Source of the DNA: Octopus vulgaris
Lineage: Eukaryota
NCBI GenBank assembly: GCA_951406725.2
Contig: OX597815.1
Location: 73,346,001 to 73,410,000 of the forward strand
Reading direction: 5' to 3'
Length of the DNA stretch: 64,000 bases
The stretch's first letter is position 1. Each line of letters opens with the position of its first letter. Below the pieces are notes generated by a model. That model was not told the DNA's origin. It made no database searches and saw only the letters and a list, made by a program, of their open reading frames with translations. This document shows, in pieces, positions 51,023 to 62,837 of this stretch. Position numbers and translations under genes: made by a program.

Positions 51023-51532
51023 TTAATCCTTTAGCATCCAGACTTTTGGCAATTTGCTGTGCTTGAGAAGACAAGTAAAGTTAAGTGAACTCGTAGTCAT
51101 GACCAGTGTCAGTGACATGTGAATGGCACCTGTGCCAGTGACATGTAAAAGACACCCAGTACACACTGTGGAGTAGTTGGTGTTAGAAAGAGCATTCAGC
51201 TGTAGAAAAGAAGCCGAAACAGACTGGAGTCTGGTAAGGCTCTCTAGCTTACAATCTCCAGTCAAATCATCTAACCTATGACAGCATGGAAAATGGATGC
51301 TAAATGATGATGATAATGATGATGATTATTCTGTCAAATGTAATGTTTATTTATTCACATTGTTTGAATTAATCGTGCATTATTTCATAGCGTTGAAATT
51401 TTGACAATGTGATTGTTTATTTCTAGAATGACATTGTAGGGTAGGTGTGAGAGGCTGCATCTCGCCAGTATTAACTTAAAACAGGTAGAATATTTAGGCT
51501 GGACACGGCTGGTTTAAATGCTAAAGGGTTAA
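51023..51532. mobile_element. TTAA MITE interrupted by an RTE 3' tail (~51044-51325)
   Basis: ttaa-tcctttagcatccaga [insertion] ...aaatgctaaaggg-ttaa; the flanks rejoin into a 43732-type element. Confidence 0.75.
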
Positions 51533-53311
51533 GATATAGAGGGTATTGTGTGATGTTTTGTTATGAGACAAGATTCTTAATTGGTGTTGAACCATTAGGA
51601 CTAGATACTGTGTATGGCAAAGTAAATGATAGATTTGGAAGGGTAGCATGTCAGAGAGAGATTTGATTAGGTGAAGTTGTGAAGGTACCCTTAGATAGAT
51701 GTCCTTGATGTAGAGAGAATCAGAGATAGGCAGTGAAGTTAGGGAAATGAACGAGAGAGACTTACTGCCAAGGTATTGGTAAATTTTGGTGTAACTTTCG
51801 AGGTTAGAGAGAGAAGGGGTCACAAGAAATGCTTTAAACACATAGAGGAGCATTTGTAGGAAGGAAGTTGGAGTATAACATGTAACTGGGACAACTGCAG
51901 AAATGAATTTGAGAGATTTGTATCATGAAAAGAATAATGTGTAGTTTTCATGAGATGGATTTGAAGCTGAACTAAAAGAATTACATGGGTACTTGTATAT
52001 ACGCAATGTAATTGAGGGGAATTGAACCTGAGTCAAAAATTACATTTTCTGGAAATTAATCACCAAATTACAGCCATTGGTGATGGCTCAATTTTACAAA
52101 AGATTATCTGGCTTTCATGCATTGCCAAAACAATAAACATAGGCATAACATGTCAAAAATAGAATAAAGAGATGGAAAAATTCATGGCTAGAAATAAATT
52201 GGGGTTTAAAAGGCTTGAAATAAAATAGAGATACATATTTTGTAAAAACTGTTGCTATACATAGTGTAGAGCTGTGAAGTTTGCCAGAAAAAAAGACAGC
52301 ATGTTTAGAATTGTAACTGTCATTAAAAAGAAAGTATGAGCGATAAATATTGGTATAATATATGGGAAATAGTTATGGGCATTACACTAGTGGATGTGTG
52401 AAAATATTATTATGAACAATAGTTTAATAAGGAGTGTGACTTTGATAAAGAAAAGTCTGTAAATGCAGTCTGTAAAGTTGGTCATTTGGGAAGCTATAAG
52501 CAAGATATTTAGGAAAAATGTAAAGCTGAGAAAATTACAAGCCATTAAGATCATGTAAGAGATATAGCAAAAACTTCAATCAGTTTAATCAGATTACACA
52601 CAAGTTATTCTCCAAGAGCCATAATGCCAACATTATATGCAACGAAAGAAGCCTAAAAAAAACAGCAAAACAGACAATAAGTGTTTTCTAACATTGGAGA
52701 AATACGTTAGAGATTTTAATCATTTGAAAAACTATACTTTAATGATAGGACATTTGAAAAAATTTTCCATTCTAAAGATAAATGGGTGATAACCATTGTC
52801 ACATATTATGAAGGTGTTGTCGGCTATTAGAAAAATATATCAAAAGTAATAAACCAGTTTATTAAAAGCAATACTTTAAAGTGAATCCTTTTATGAAGCA
52901 CACAAGTCCATACAGCCAGCTTTTTGCAATGTTGGACAAACTTGCTTCTGTACTGTTTGTACTTTATATTATATTTTTCGATTAGTTTATCAGGGGTTAA
53001 AGGGCAAGACTTATTATTTTGTTGACCCACCCATATTGTGATGATCAACTTGAACAATGAGCAGAAATAAATTAAGATTAGGGAAGAGTCCCAGAAGGTT
53101 GCAACTAAGAGAAGAAATGAATTGGCTGAAAGGTTTTAGTGAGAGATCTTGGGAATGATGGTGAGGAAAGACAGGTGAATCAATGAATTTGAATGGAGGT
53201 GGTTCCCAGGTGGAATTCTATGCCAGTATGGGAATTGTACAAGGGCTAAGAGAAATCGTGTGTATTGAGAGAATGATGACTTTATCATGAGGTTAGTTGA
53301 TATAAATGTCC

Positions 53312-53535
53312 TTAACCCTCTTGGGACACCCAGGCCAATTGATCAGCCCAAGTGATACAAGCTGAAAGGACTTTGAGGCTGATCCATCGGCCCAATGAAA
53401 CAAACATTGTGAATGATTGGCTTTGAAGTGTAATAGCTAATCAGAGATCGTCTTTCAGTAGATGTGTCTTAATAGGAAGAAAATTTTGGTCTTTTTGGCT
53501 ACACATACCAAAACACTGTGTTTCAAAAGGGTTAA
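53312..53535. mobile_element. TTAA MITE, third family
   Basis: ttaa-ccctcttgggacac ... gtgtttcaaaaggg-ttaa, imperfect 14-bp TIRs. Confidence 0.6.
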
Positions 53536-53899
53536 TATAGGAAGAGAGAGCTAGCTAAACACCTAATGATGTTTGGTGGTGATACTTACTTTTTTTTGTC
53601 TATAACTGTCCACCACATATGATGACAGCATCATTCCAAGACATTCATCCTCCCTTGCCTCCAGCACATTGTTTCTTATGGGAGTGGACATGGCTGACAA
53701 GACCAATATGAGATAGACAGATTGTGTCAGTGAAGGGACTGAAAGTGACCCCAAATAACAGCTGCAGGGGGTTGAGGATGATGTCTCCTCCTTTCTTCAT
53801 GCATTCTCTTGCATTCAACTTCAAAGCACTCTAATCCAGCATGACACACGAACCTCCAAACCTTCCGATTAACAACCAGGGACTCTAACGGATTGGGAG

Positions 53900-55080
53900 G
53901 GACAAAAATGACTGACTGTTTGAGATGATCATAAAAACAAAGTTATGGATGTCAGCAAGGCCTACTTCTAATCTTGATCTTGCTGAAAAGGACCATCTTA
54001 GGGAATCAGTTACCCAGCATCCAAATCACATGGACAACCCAGTGGAGAAGACAATGAATGCAGGTCACAGTGTTGTAGATCCCAACCCAGGGAAGGATTT
54101 TGGTATGAGGCAGCTTATCCTTCTATATGAGACTGAGAATACTCTGGAGAAATTTAATATGGAACGCTTCTAGTTGTCTGACCCAGTACTGATAAAAGGC
54201 CCAGCACTCAGACCCATAGAGGAAGGTAGATACAGAGACAGCTTAATAAACAGTTGTTGTTATAAAAAATCTCATCTGCTGAGTCTCTTGAAAGATGCAG
54301 AGGCCAAGTTGATCCAACGGAGTATCCCCTTATTAAGGAGTCTAGTACTAGAGATTGTGCTTCCAAGAAAGCAGAATGAGTTTGCCTGTGGTAGAAGACC
54401 ATCATCAGTAGGAATGGGCTGAGGAGAGGGTGAGTATGGAAATACTGATTGGAGAACTTCAGATTTTTTTATGATTCACCTGAAGACCAAGTCAAAAATA
54501 GGCACTATTCACTGAGTTTGTCATGTGTTGAAGAGAGGCAGAGGCATGGGATGGTGCAGCTGAATCGTCAAAATACTGGATCTCGTACACAGTGGTTGAG
54601 AGGATCCTTGATGTGGCTTTCAGGCAGCAGGTGTTAAAGATGCTGCCATTACAGCGATACCCAATATGAATTCTGTCTTCTTTGTTGAACTGTCTCCTGG
54701 AAAGAAGCGGTACAGCCACCAGGTAAATGTTAAACAGTACAGGAGCAAGGACACATCCTTATTTTACCTCCACCTGGACATCAAAGGGTTCCAAGACCTT
54801 ACCAGCACATGTCACTCTCACTTACACACCACCATGAAACTTCTGGATGATTGAGAGAAATGGTGGTGGACAGCCAAATCTCTGAAGCAGGTGACATGAC
54901 ACAGGATGATTGTCCATATCAAACGACTTTGTTAGATTGATGAAGGCATAACATATGTCTCTCTGCTGTTCATGACACTTTTCAAGGAGGAGACAGGCCG
55001 CAAATATCATATCTCAAGTGCTTCTTTTGGTTCAAAATCCATACTGGGATTCAGGCATAACCAAGTTGACGACATGAAAT
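53900..55080 (-). mobile_element. Degenerate RTE (BovB-like) RT fragment
   Basis: ORF 54822-55010 (MIFAACLLLEKCHEQQRDICYAFINLTKSFD...RFGCPP) and ORF 54492-54719 (IGYRCNGSIFN...EIQYFDD) are collinear RT subdomains. Left boundary approximate. Confidence 0.8.
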
Positions 55081-56161
55081 AGAAGATGTGGAAGGAGAAT
55101 ACATGAGATCATGGGCTACACGGTTTGACTGGAGCTGGTAAGCCAGAGAGCTGCACCAGGCTCCACTTGTCTGTTTTGGCTATGTTTCTATGGCTGGATG
55201 TCCTTCCTAATGCCAACCACTTTACAGAGTGTACTGGATTCCTTTTACCTGTTGCCAACATGAAAGATTCCCCTGCTATTGCTGCATTTGGCAAGGTGTC
55301 CCTTGCACTTGTAGATTGTGATAATACTGGAGTGTTTCCACCTGTCAGGTATACCCCTTGGAATTCCATTCCCAACCAGATTCATGTGTCAATTAATTTC
55401 TTATGAAACAATCAAACATTAACCACACTAATCTTATCCAGTTATCCTGTTACTCTTTGTACATTTCCAAAAAAGACTAACAAAGCAAGTTACTCTTGTT
55501 TTGTTTGGAGTCAACCTAACAAATTTGAAGTTAGGTATCAACCATGCACGTGTTAAGGTGTTGTGGCTTCTTCTGGTCACATGAAATATAAATATTTTTA
55601 GGATTCTCTTCGTCCAGTATTACCTGTGTGCAGAATGAGACAACTGGACACAGCTGTTTGTACACTAAAAATTCAGCATGGTTGACCAGACATTCAGCCT
55701 GTTTTGATGAGAATACATTTTGTCACTAGAGAGAAAAACACATATACATGTATATCTTCTTCTACCTCCTCCTCATCTAGTGTCCATTTTCCATGCTGGC
55801 ATGGGTTACATGGTTTGACTGCAGCTGGTAAGCCAGACAGTTGCACCGGGCTCCACTTGTCTGTTTTGGCTTGGTTTCTATGGTTGAATGCCCTTCCTAA
55901 TGCCAACCACTTTACAGAGTGTATCGGGTGCCATTTATGTGTAACTGGCATGGGTGCCTTTTACCTGTTACCAACACAAAGTGCCTTTTACATGTCACTG
56001 GCTCTGGCTATGATTTCACTTAACTTGATGTGTCTTCCTAGGCACAGCAAATCATCAGAAGTCTTGGTCACTTGTCATTACCTCCATGAAGTTCAACAAC
56101 TGAAGATTATATCATTTCACCACATTCTTTTGTATATATGTGTGTGTGTGTGTATTTATAA

Positions 56162-56194
<33 letters not shown>

Positions 56195-56453
56195 TAGATA
56201 GACAGATAAATAGATACATACATACATATACTTATTTCCTTATTGCCCACAAGGGGCTAAACATAGAGGGGACAAACAAGGACAGACAAATGGATTAAGT
56301 CAATTACATCGACCCCAGTGCGCAACTGGTACTTAATTTATCGACCCCGAAAGGACGAAAGACAAAGTTAACCTCGGTGGAATTTGAACTCAGAACGTAA
56401 CACATACATATACTTACACACACACATACACACACACACACACACATAGAAAT

Positions 56454-56884
56454 AAAATGATTAAGGTGGCTAGACACAATCTAAACCAAAAATGAGAAAT
56501 TTAACTGTCACTGAAAGTGAGTAAGGATGCAGTGCAGCACCAGCATTGCTAGAAACAAGAGTCAAAGACTCTTTAGCCATGAACAAAGCACAGATCTATG
56601 TATTGACAAGGGAGACAACCTCCCCACTGCAAGCGAAGGCATCAGATTGGTATCTGGTGGTGAAGCTGAATTCCACCTGTTAGTATTTATAGAATTTACC
56701 ATAGGAATCAATGGCTGATTCAGTAAAATGGTAATGTGAAAATCATAAAATGATTGAAATGACTAGACAATTTAAAAACAAAAAGGAAAAATTTAACAGT
56801 CACTAAAAGTGACTAAGGGTGTAGGGCAAGACCAGCATTACTAGAAACAAGAGTCAAAGACTCCTTAGCCATGAACAAAGCACA
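56454..56884 (+). repeat. Direct repeat of ~138 bp (56454-56591 and 56747-56884)
   Basis: Both copies end ctagaaacaagagtcaaagactc.ttagccatgaacaaagcaca. Confidence 0.85.
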
Positions 56885-57547
56885 TGTTTCCTTTTATATA
56901 TATTATACATATGTACACACGTATATATATATATACACACACACATATATACATATATATTATGCATAAATAAATAAGTCAACATTATAATATCCTAAAG
57001 TTGATGAACCAACTAATGTGCTTCTCCATTTTCTTATTTGCAATATAAATTAATGGGGTAATATTTCTTTACCTTCACCCATTTAATAGAATAAGTAAGT
57101 TTATTGCATTGCAATTAAAAACACTCATGTATTAATAATTGGGTATTATACCAACAGTATATAGGATAATGGGTTGGATCCACAACCCCTAATTTACCTG
57201 TGAAATTTACAACTTACCCGCTTTATAAATTCAGTGACAGCGTAACCTTCACGCAACGCCAAAATAAAGAACTGTATTTCATCAAAAAATTTAGACCAAG
57301 TTTGAACACCCTGGGCTAGGAATATTAAAACAAAAGATTGGTCCTCCGAAAAGGAGAAGCGAAATTCCACCACGGCCGCTGCCTTAAACAGTCACTCACA
57401 CTGACAGAAATATGTCTTAGGGAAAGGGAAAAAAATTCATAAAAAGATCTCTACGAGCAGATCTAATCCTGATTCGTCAAGAAACTGATGACGTATTACC
57501 TCAATGGGCAATTTATTGTCACCCTGCTTGGTCGGTTTCCACATACG

Positions 57548-57853
57548 ATACAGCTAAGGGTCAGACCCGATTCTGATTGGTCAAAACATTGATGACGTCT
57601 TGTTCTGCTGGACTAGCCACCTAACGGGATGATTGGTCAAAACAGTGATGACGTCTCGTTCTGCTGGACTAGCCACCTAACAGGATACAGACATGGGTCA
57701 GATCTAATACAGCTATAGGTCAGACCCGATTCTGATTGGTCAAAACATTGATGACGTCCCGTTCTGCTGGACTAGCCACCTAACGAGATGATTGGTTAAA
57801 ACTTTGATGACGTCTCGTTCCGCTGGACTAGCCACCTAACAGGTGATATAAAA
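57548..57853 (+). promoter_or_regulatory. Tandem CCAAT(ATTGG)+CRE-like(TGATGACGTC) repeat followed by a TATA box
   Basis: Four ~52-bp units starting at 57574, 57630, 57733 and 57789, arranged as two higher-order units with a 159-bp period. TATAAAA at 57847-57853. Confidence 0.65.
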
Positions 57854-58127
57854 CCCAAACAATTCACAAGATTCACCAGAACTATTCGAACAGACACCAA
57901 CCAAAAGTCATCACAGTTGCTCCCATTGGAACACAAGGTAAAACCTAAAATGAATTCCTCGCTTTTTCAAGAACATGAATTTTTTATATTGAATGCATAT
58001 CACCACTATGAACTACTACATCATACTCTTTAAACATATAGCATGGACTCGCTTCACTATATATGAATTTTTTTATTATATATGAATTTTTTATATTTGA
58101 TAGCATGAACTATCTTTTTTATATATA

Positions 58128-58178
58128 ATTTTTTTTGATAAGGTTCGTCATTTCAAGAACCGAAACATGTTAAATAAA
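58128..58178 (+). ncRNA. Minimal type I hammerhead-ribozyme-like motif (PLE type)
   Basis: tttt-TTGATAA-GGTTC-gtcatttcaa-GAACC-GAAA-C-AT-G-T-T-aaataaa: core boxes with U3/A8, a 5-bp stem II, palindromic stem III (AACATGTT) and a weak A/U stem I. Confidence 0.55.
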
Positions 58179-58240
58179 TAATGTATATATAAAAATTAAA
58201 AATTTGTCTAATATAGCAGCATTTTCAAACTTCATTTTTT

Positions 58241-58278
<38 letters not shown>

Positions 58279-58343
58279 GCACAGGTATATATATGATTGT
58301 GTGTACAAATATATACACATACACATATGCATATATGAGTGTA

Positions 58344-58383
<40 letters not shown>

Positions 58384-59477
58384 TATATCAGAGGCAACTC
58401 CAGGTCATCAGTGTCACTTAGGCTCATCACAGATTTCACATAAGGCACATGCCTGCTTGGCGTATTTCACGTTTTTCTGCTTTATATCTAGCTCCAAATG
58501 GCTCAATTTTTTATATCTAGCACTATGTCTTTCTCCATTTCTAAGTTAAGGGTTAAAATAAAGCAACCCGTCAAAATACAACTGATTTTTGCACACAGAT
58601 GCACAGAATAACAGCAATCAAATAACGACAGCTGGGTGCACAACAAACATCAGCAATCTGACTGTCGCCTGTACTCTTGACAAGATATACCAGTTAGTTT
58701 TTCACACCTACTAGGCTTGTCCGTATTAGCCAGAGTAGTTGGATAAATTTTTGTTTCTTTAAGAATATTGTATATATATGTGTGAATGTATAATATGTGT
58801 GTGTGTATGTCAAATGGTGGTGGAGGACCAATACAAAGACACACATATGCAATGGGATTCTACACAGTTTTCATCAACCAAGTTCACTCACAAGACATTG
58901 GTCAGCCCAGAGCTGAGGCTTGTTCCAGCAATCTCTTATGCTGAACTGTTTAGTTACAGGAGTGTAAACAAGCCAAAACCAGCTGTCAGATGGTGGTGGG
59001 ACACACACAAAGTCATATGCATATGTTGTAGGATTCTATACAATTTCCATCTACCAAGTTCACTCACAGGGTATTGGTCAGTCGAGCGCATAAGACACTT
59101 ACCCTAAGATGAAGCACAGTGCGACTGAACATAAAGCCACATGGTTGCAAAGTGAGCTTCTTAACCGCACGGCCATGTCTGCACTTATGTTTAGTAGAAA
59201 TATGTGAAAAAGGAAATTTGAACGACAAGAATGCAGTGAACTTAGATCATTAAGAACTGTAACAAAGTATGATAATATTTTTATGTAAATATAAAACAGT
59301 AAATGTTGCTCTGACAACAGAAGTTGTCAAGTGTGTGACATCTTTGGCTGACATTTATATCAATATGTTTTGACAAGATAATTCATGGCATCATACTAAA
59401 AATTTTCTTGGCACAGATAATGACAGCAACTATTTCCATATATATATCTGTATACACACACACACACACACACACAT

Positions 59478-60510
59478 ATCATCATTATTGCTTAATGGCT
59501 GTTTTCCATGCTGGCATGGGTTGGACGGTTTGATTGAGGCCTGGAGAGTAAGCAGCTGCACCAGGCTCTAATCTGATCTGGCAGTGTTTCTACAGCTGAA
59601 TGCCCTCCCTAATGCCAACCACTGCGAGAGTGTAGTGGGTGCTTTTTACATGCTACTGGCACAGGAGTCAGTGAAGCAGGCCTGGCTTTGATCACGTTCA
59701 GATTGTGCCTTTTATGTGCCACCGGCACGGGAGTCAGTCAGGGGGTACTGCCATCAGCCACATTCAGATGGTGCTTTTTATGTGTCACTGGCACAGGAGC
59801 CAGTCAAGCAGATCTGGCATTGACCACGTTCAGATGGTGCTTTTTACATGTCACTGGCACAGCTATGATATTGATTTTACTTGACTCAACAGGTCTTCTC
59901 AAGCCTATCATATAGCCTGACGTATCAGAAGTTCTCTTAACTGGGCTGGACATGTATGGCTGCAATCTCACTTTAGTTGTCAGGTCTTCTCAATCACAGC
60001 ATATCTCCAAAGGTCTCTGTCACTTGTCATTGCCTCTGTGAGACCCAATGTTTGAAGGTCATGCTTCACCACCTCATTTCATCTTCCTGGGTTTGCCTCT
60101 TCCAGAGGTTCCTTACACAGTTAGGGAGTGGCACTTCCTCATACACCTGTCCTCATCCATACGTAACACATGACCATACCAACGCAGTTGTCACTCTTGC
60201 ACACCACATCTGATGCTTCTTATACCCAATATTTCTCTCGGGACACTTACACTCTGTTGGGTATGCATGCTGACATTACACATCCAATGAATCATACTAG
60301 CTTCATTTTTTTCAAGCGTACACATGTCCTCAGCAGTCATGGCCCATGTTTCACTGCAGTGTAGCATAGCAGTTTGCATACATGAATCATACAGTCTACC
60401 TTTCATCCTGAGCAAGAAGCCCTTACTTGCCAGCAGAGGTAGGAGCTCCTTGAACTTTGCTCAGGCTATTCTTGTTCTAGCTGCTATAGTCTCAGAGCAA
60501 CCACCCTCCC
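59478..60510 (-). mobile_element. Older RTE LINE 3' fragment
   Basis: ORF 60191-60415 (KGRLYDSCMQTAMLHCSETWAM...IRCGVQE) is homologous to the young copies; same 3' UTR repeats and tail. Confidence 0.9.
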
Positions 60511-60544
60511 CACACATATATGTATATACATACATATATATATA

Positions 60545-62484
60545 TCATCATCATCATCATCATCGTTTAACGTCCATTTTCCGCGCTAGCACGGATTGGA
60601 CGGTTCGACCGGGGTCTGGGAAGCCAGGGGCCGCTCCAGGCTCCAGTCTGATCTGGCAGAGTTTCTACGGCTGGATGCCCTTCCTAACGCCAACCACTCC
60701 GCGAGTGGAGTGGGTGCTTTTTACGTGCCACCTGCACAGGGGCCAGGGGGTCCGGCATCGGTCATGATCGGTTCGAGCTTTTAACGTGCCAGCGGCACGG
60801 GAGCCAGCCAAGGCAGCGCTGGCAACGTTCGGATGGTCTTACCGGCACAGAGGCCAGTCGGGGCAGCGCTGGCATCGGCCACGTTCGGATAGTACTTTTT
60901 ATGTGCCACCGGCACAGGCATCATAACTCCTATTTCCATTGATATTTATTTTGACGTTCATGTTCATGTACTTGACTCAACAGATCTCCTCAGGCACAGC
61001 AGGACTATCTGGGATCCGGGGTACATTGAATGGGCAGGGGCTATGTGGAACTGATGCAGGAAGCAGCCCAGGTCTTTGCAGTCACAGCATATCTCCAGAG
61101 ATCTCGGTCCTTCGCCATTGCCTCAGTGAGGCCCAATGCTCTGAGGTCATGCTTGACTACCTCATCCCATGTCTTCCTGGGTCTACCTCTCCCCCTGATA
61201 CCTTCAACTGTTTGGGAGTGGCATTTCTTCACACATCTCTCTTCATCCATCCGCAGCACATGACCATACCATCGCAAGCGTCGCTCTTGCACACCACATC
61301 TGATGCTTCTTATATCCAGCATTTCTCTCAGGATGCTTACACTCTGTCGTGCGTGCACACTGACACTACACATCCAGCGGATCATGCTAGCTTCATTTCT
61401 TTCAAGTCTACGCAGTCACAGTCACAGCCCATGTTTCATTACCGTGAAGCATGGCAGTTCACACACATGCATCATACAATCTACCTTTCGCTCTGAGGGA
61501 GAGACCCTTTGCCGCCAGTAGGGGTAGGAGCTTTCTGAACTTTGCCCAGGCTATTCGTATTCTAGTGGTGATACTCTCTGTGCATCCACCTCCGCTACTA
61601 ACTTGGTCACCCAGGTAGCGGAAACTATCAACTACTTCTAGTTTCTCACCCTGGAGTGTGATGGAATCTGTTTTCTGAGTGTCTGTTGTGTCTATTGCCC
61701 CTGTGCATCTGCCGCACATGAAAGCTATCTTAGCTGTTAATTTCACTTTAATGTTGCTGTACCTCTTATGCGTCCATAGCTTACATTGGGTGCATCTTAT
61801 GGAGTTTCTACCTGTACCTTTCCTACAGATTGAGCAGGGCCACCTACCCGAGGGAGTGTGTGCTGAGTACGCCTTGCTGCTTACTATTACTTTGGTTTTT
61901 GCTACATTTACTCTAAGGCCCTTTGATTTTAACCCTTGCTTCCACACCCGAAATTTCTTTTCTAGTTCCGGTAGTGATTCTGCTATGAGAGCTAGGTCAT
62001 CAGCATAGAGGAGCTCCCAGGGGCATCCCGTTTTGAATTCCTCTGTTATTGCCTGGAGGACTATGATGAATAAAAGGGGACTGAGGGCTGAGCCCTGGTG
62101 CACACCTACTTCTACCTGGAATTCTTCACTATATTCGTTGCCAATCCTAACCTTGCTGACAGCCTCTCTGTATAGAGCCTGTACAGCCCTTATTAGCCAT
62201 TCGTCAATCTCCAGTTTCCGCATCGACCACCAGATAAGGGAACGGGGAACCCTGTCAAAGGCTTTCTCCAAGTCCACAAAAGCTATGTAGAGGGGTTTAT
62301 CTTTAGCTAGGTACTTCTCCTGCAGTTGTCGGACCAGGAATATAGCATCAGTGGTGCTTCTACCTGGTACAAAACCGAACTGCATTTCATCTAAGCAAAT
62401 TCTCTCCCTAATGAGATGGGTTATGACCCTCTCTGAGACCTTCATCACCTGGTCCGACAGTTTGATACCCCTGTAGTTATTTCT
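60545..62484 (-). mobile_element. Young 5'-truncated RTE-clade LINE (RT, PHD-like finger, C-terminus, 3' UTR, (GAT)n tail); frameshifted
   Basis: ORF 61459-62448 has the RT motifs QFGFVPGRSTTDAIF, FVDLEKAFDRV, GVHQGSALSPLLF and LLYADDL. ORF 61041-61385 has RLRWYGHVLRM and RGRGRPRKTW. Frameshift near 61410. Confidence 0.95.
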
Positions 62485-62493
62485 GTGTGTGTG

Positions 62494-62734
62494 TATTAGA
62501 AGAAATAAGGTACTTATAAATCTGGATGGTTTTACATTTACAGATTTTTATTAATATGTCACATGTTTTTTATAAATCATATATTAGCACTTGCATCTAC
62601 TCTAGTAGAATCTGGAGATTCTACTAGAGTAGATGCTAGTGATAATATATGATTTATAAAAACATGTGACATATTAATAAAAATCTGTAAATGTAAAACC
62701 ATCCAGATTTATAAGTACCTTATTTCTTCTGATA
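62494..62734. repeat. Near-perfect 240-bp palindrome
   Basis: The arms agaagaaataaggtac...ctagtagaatct and agattctactag...gtaccttatttcttct are separated only by GG; few mismatches. Confidence 0.95.
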
Positions 62735-62802
62735 TATAATACATGTACATCATCTCCAAACCTTGCAATATATGTGTGTATATATATACATATGTATGTA
62801 TG

Positions 62803-62837
<35 letters not shown>

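Larger units (their letters stand above)
57188..58180 (+). mobile_element. 5'-truncated Penelope-like retroelement (GIY-YIG C-terminus plus pseudo-LTR)
   Basis: 57188-57319 reads PNLPVKFTTYPLYKFSDSVTFTQRQNKELYFIKKFRPSLNTLG*, the E-x-x-FI-x-K-x-x-P-x-LN end typical of PLE GIY-YIG domains. It is followed by CpG-retaining DNA with promoter-like repeats, a TATA box, a splice donor, a hammerhead-like motif and AATAAA. Confidence 0.75.

Noticed and set aside
51521-52780. Possible LINE RT relic (ORF 51521-51853 and downstream)
   Set aside because: Only vague resemblance and no diagnostic motif; cannot be supported without a profile search.
60939-62290. Plus-strand ORFs of 185, 109 and 85 aa
   Set aside because: Antisense shadows of the RTE ORF.
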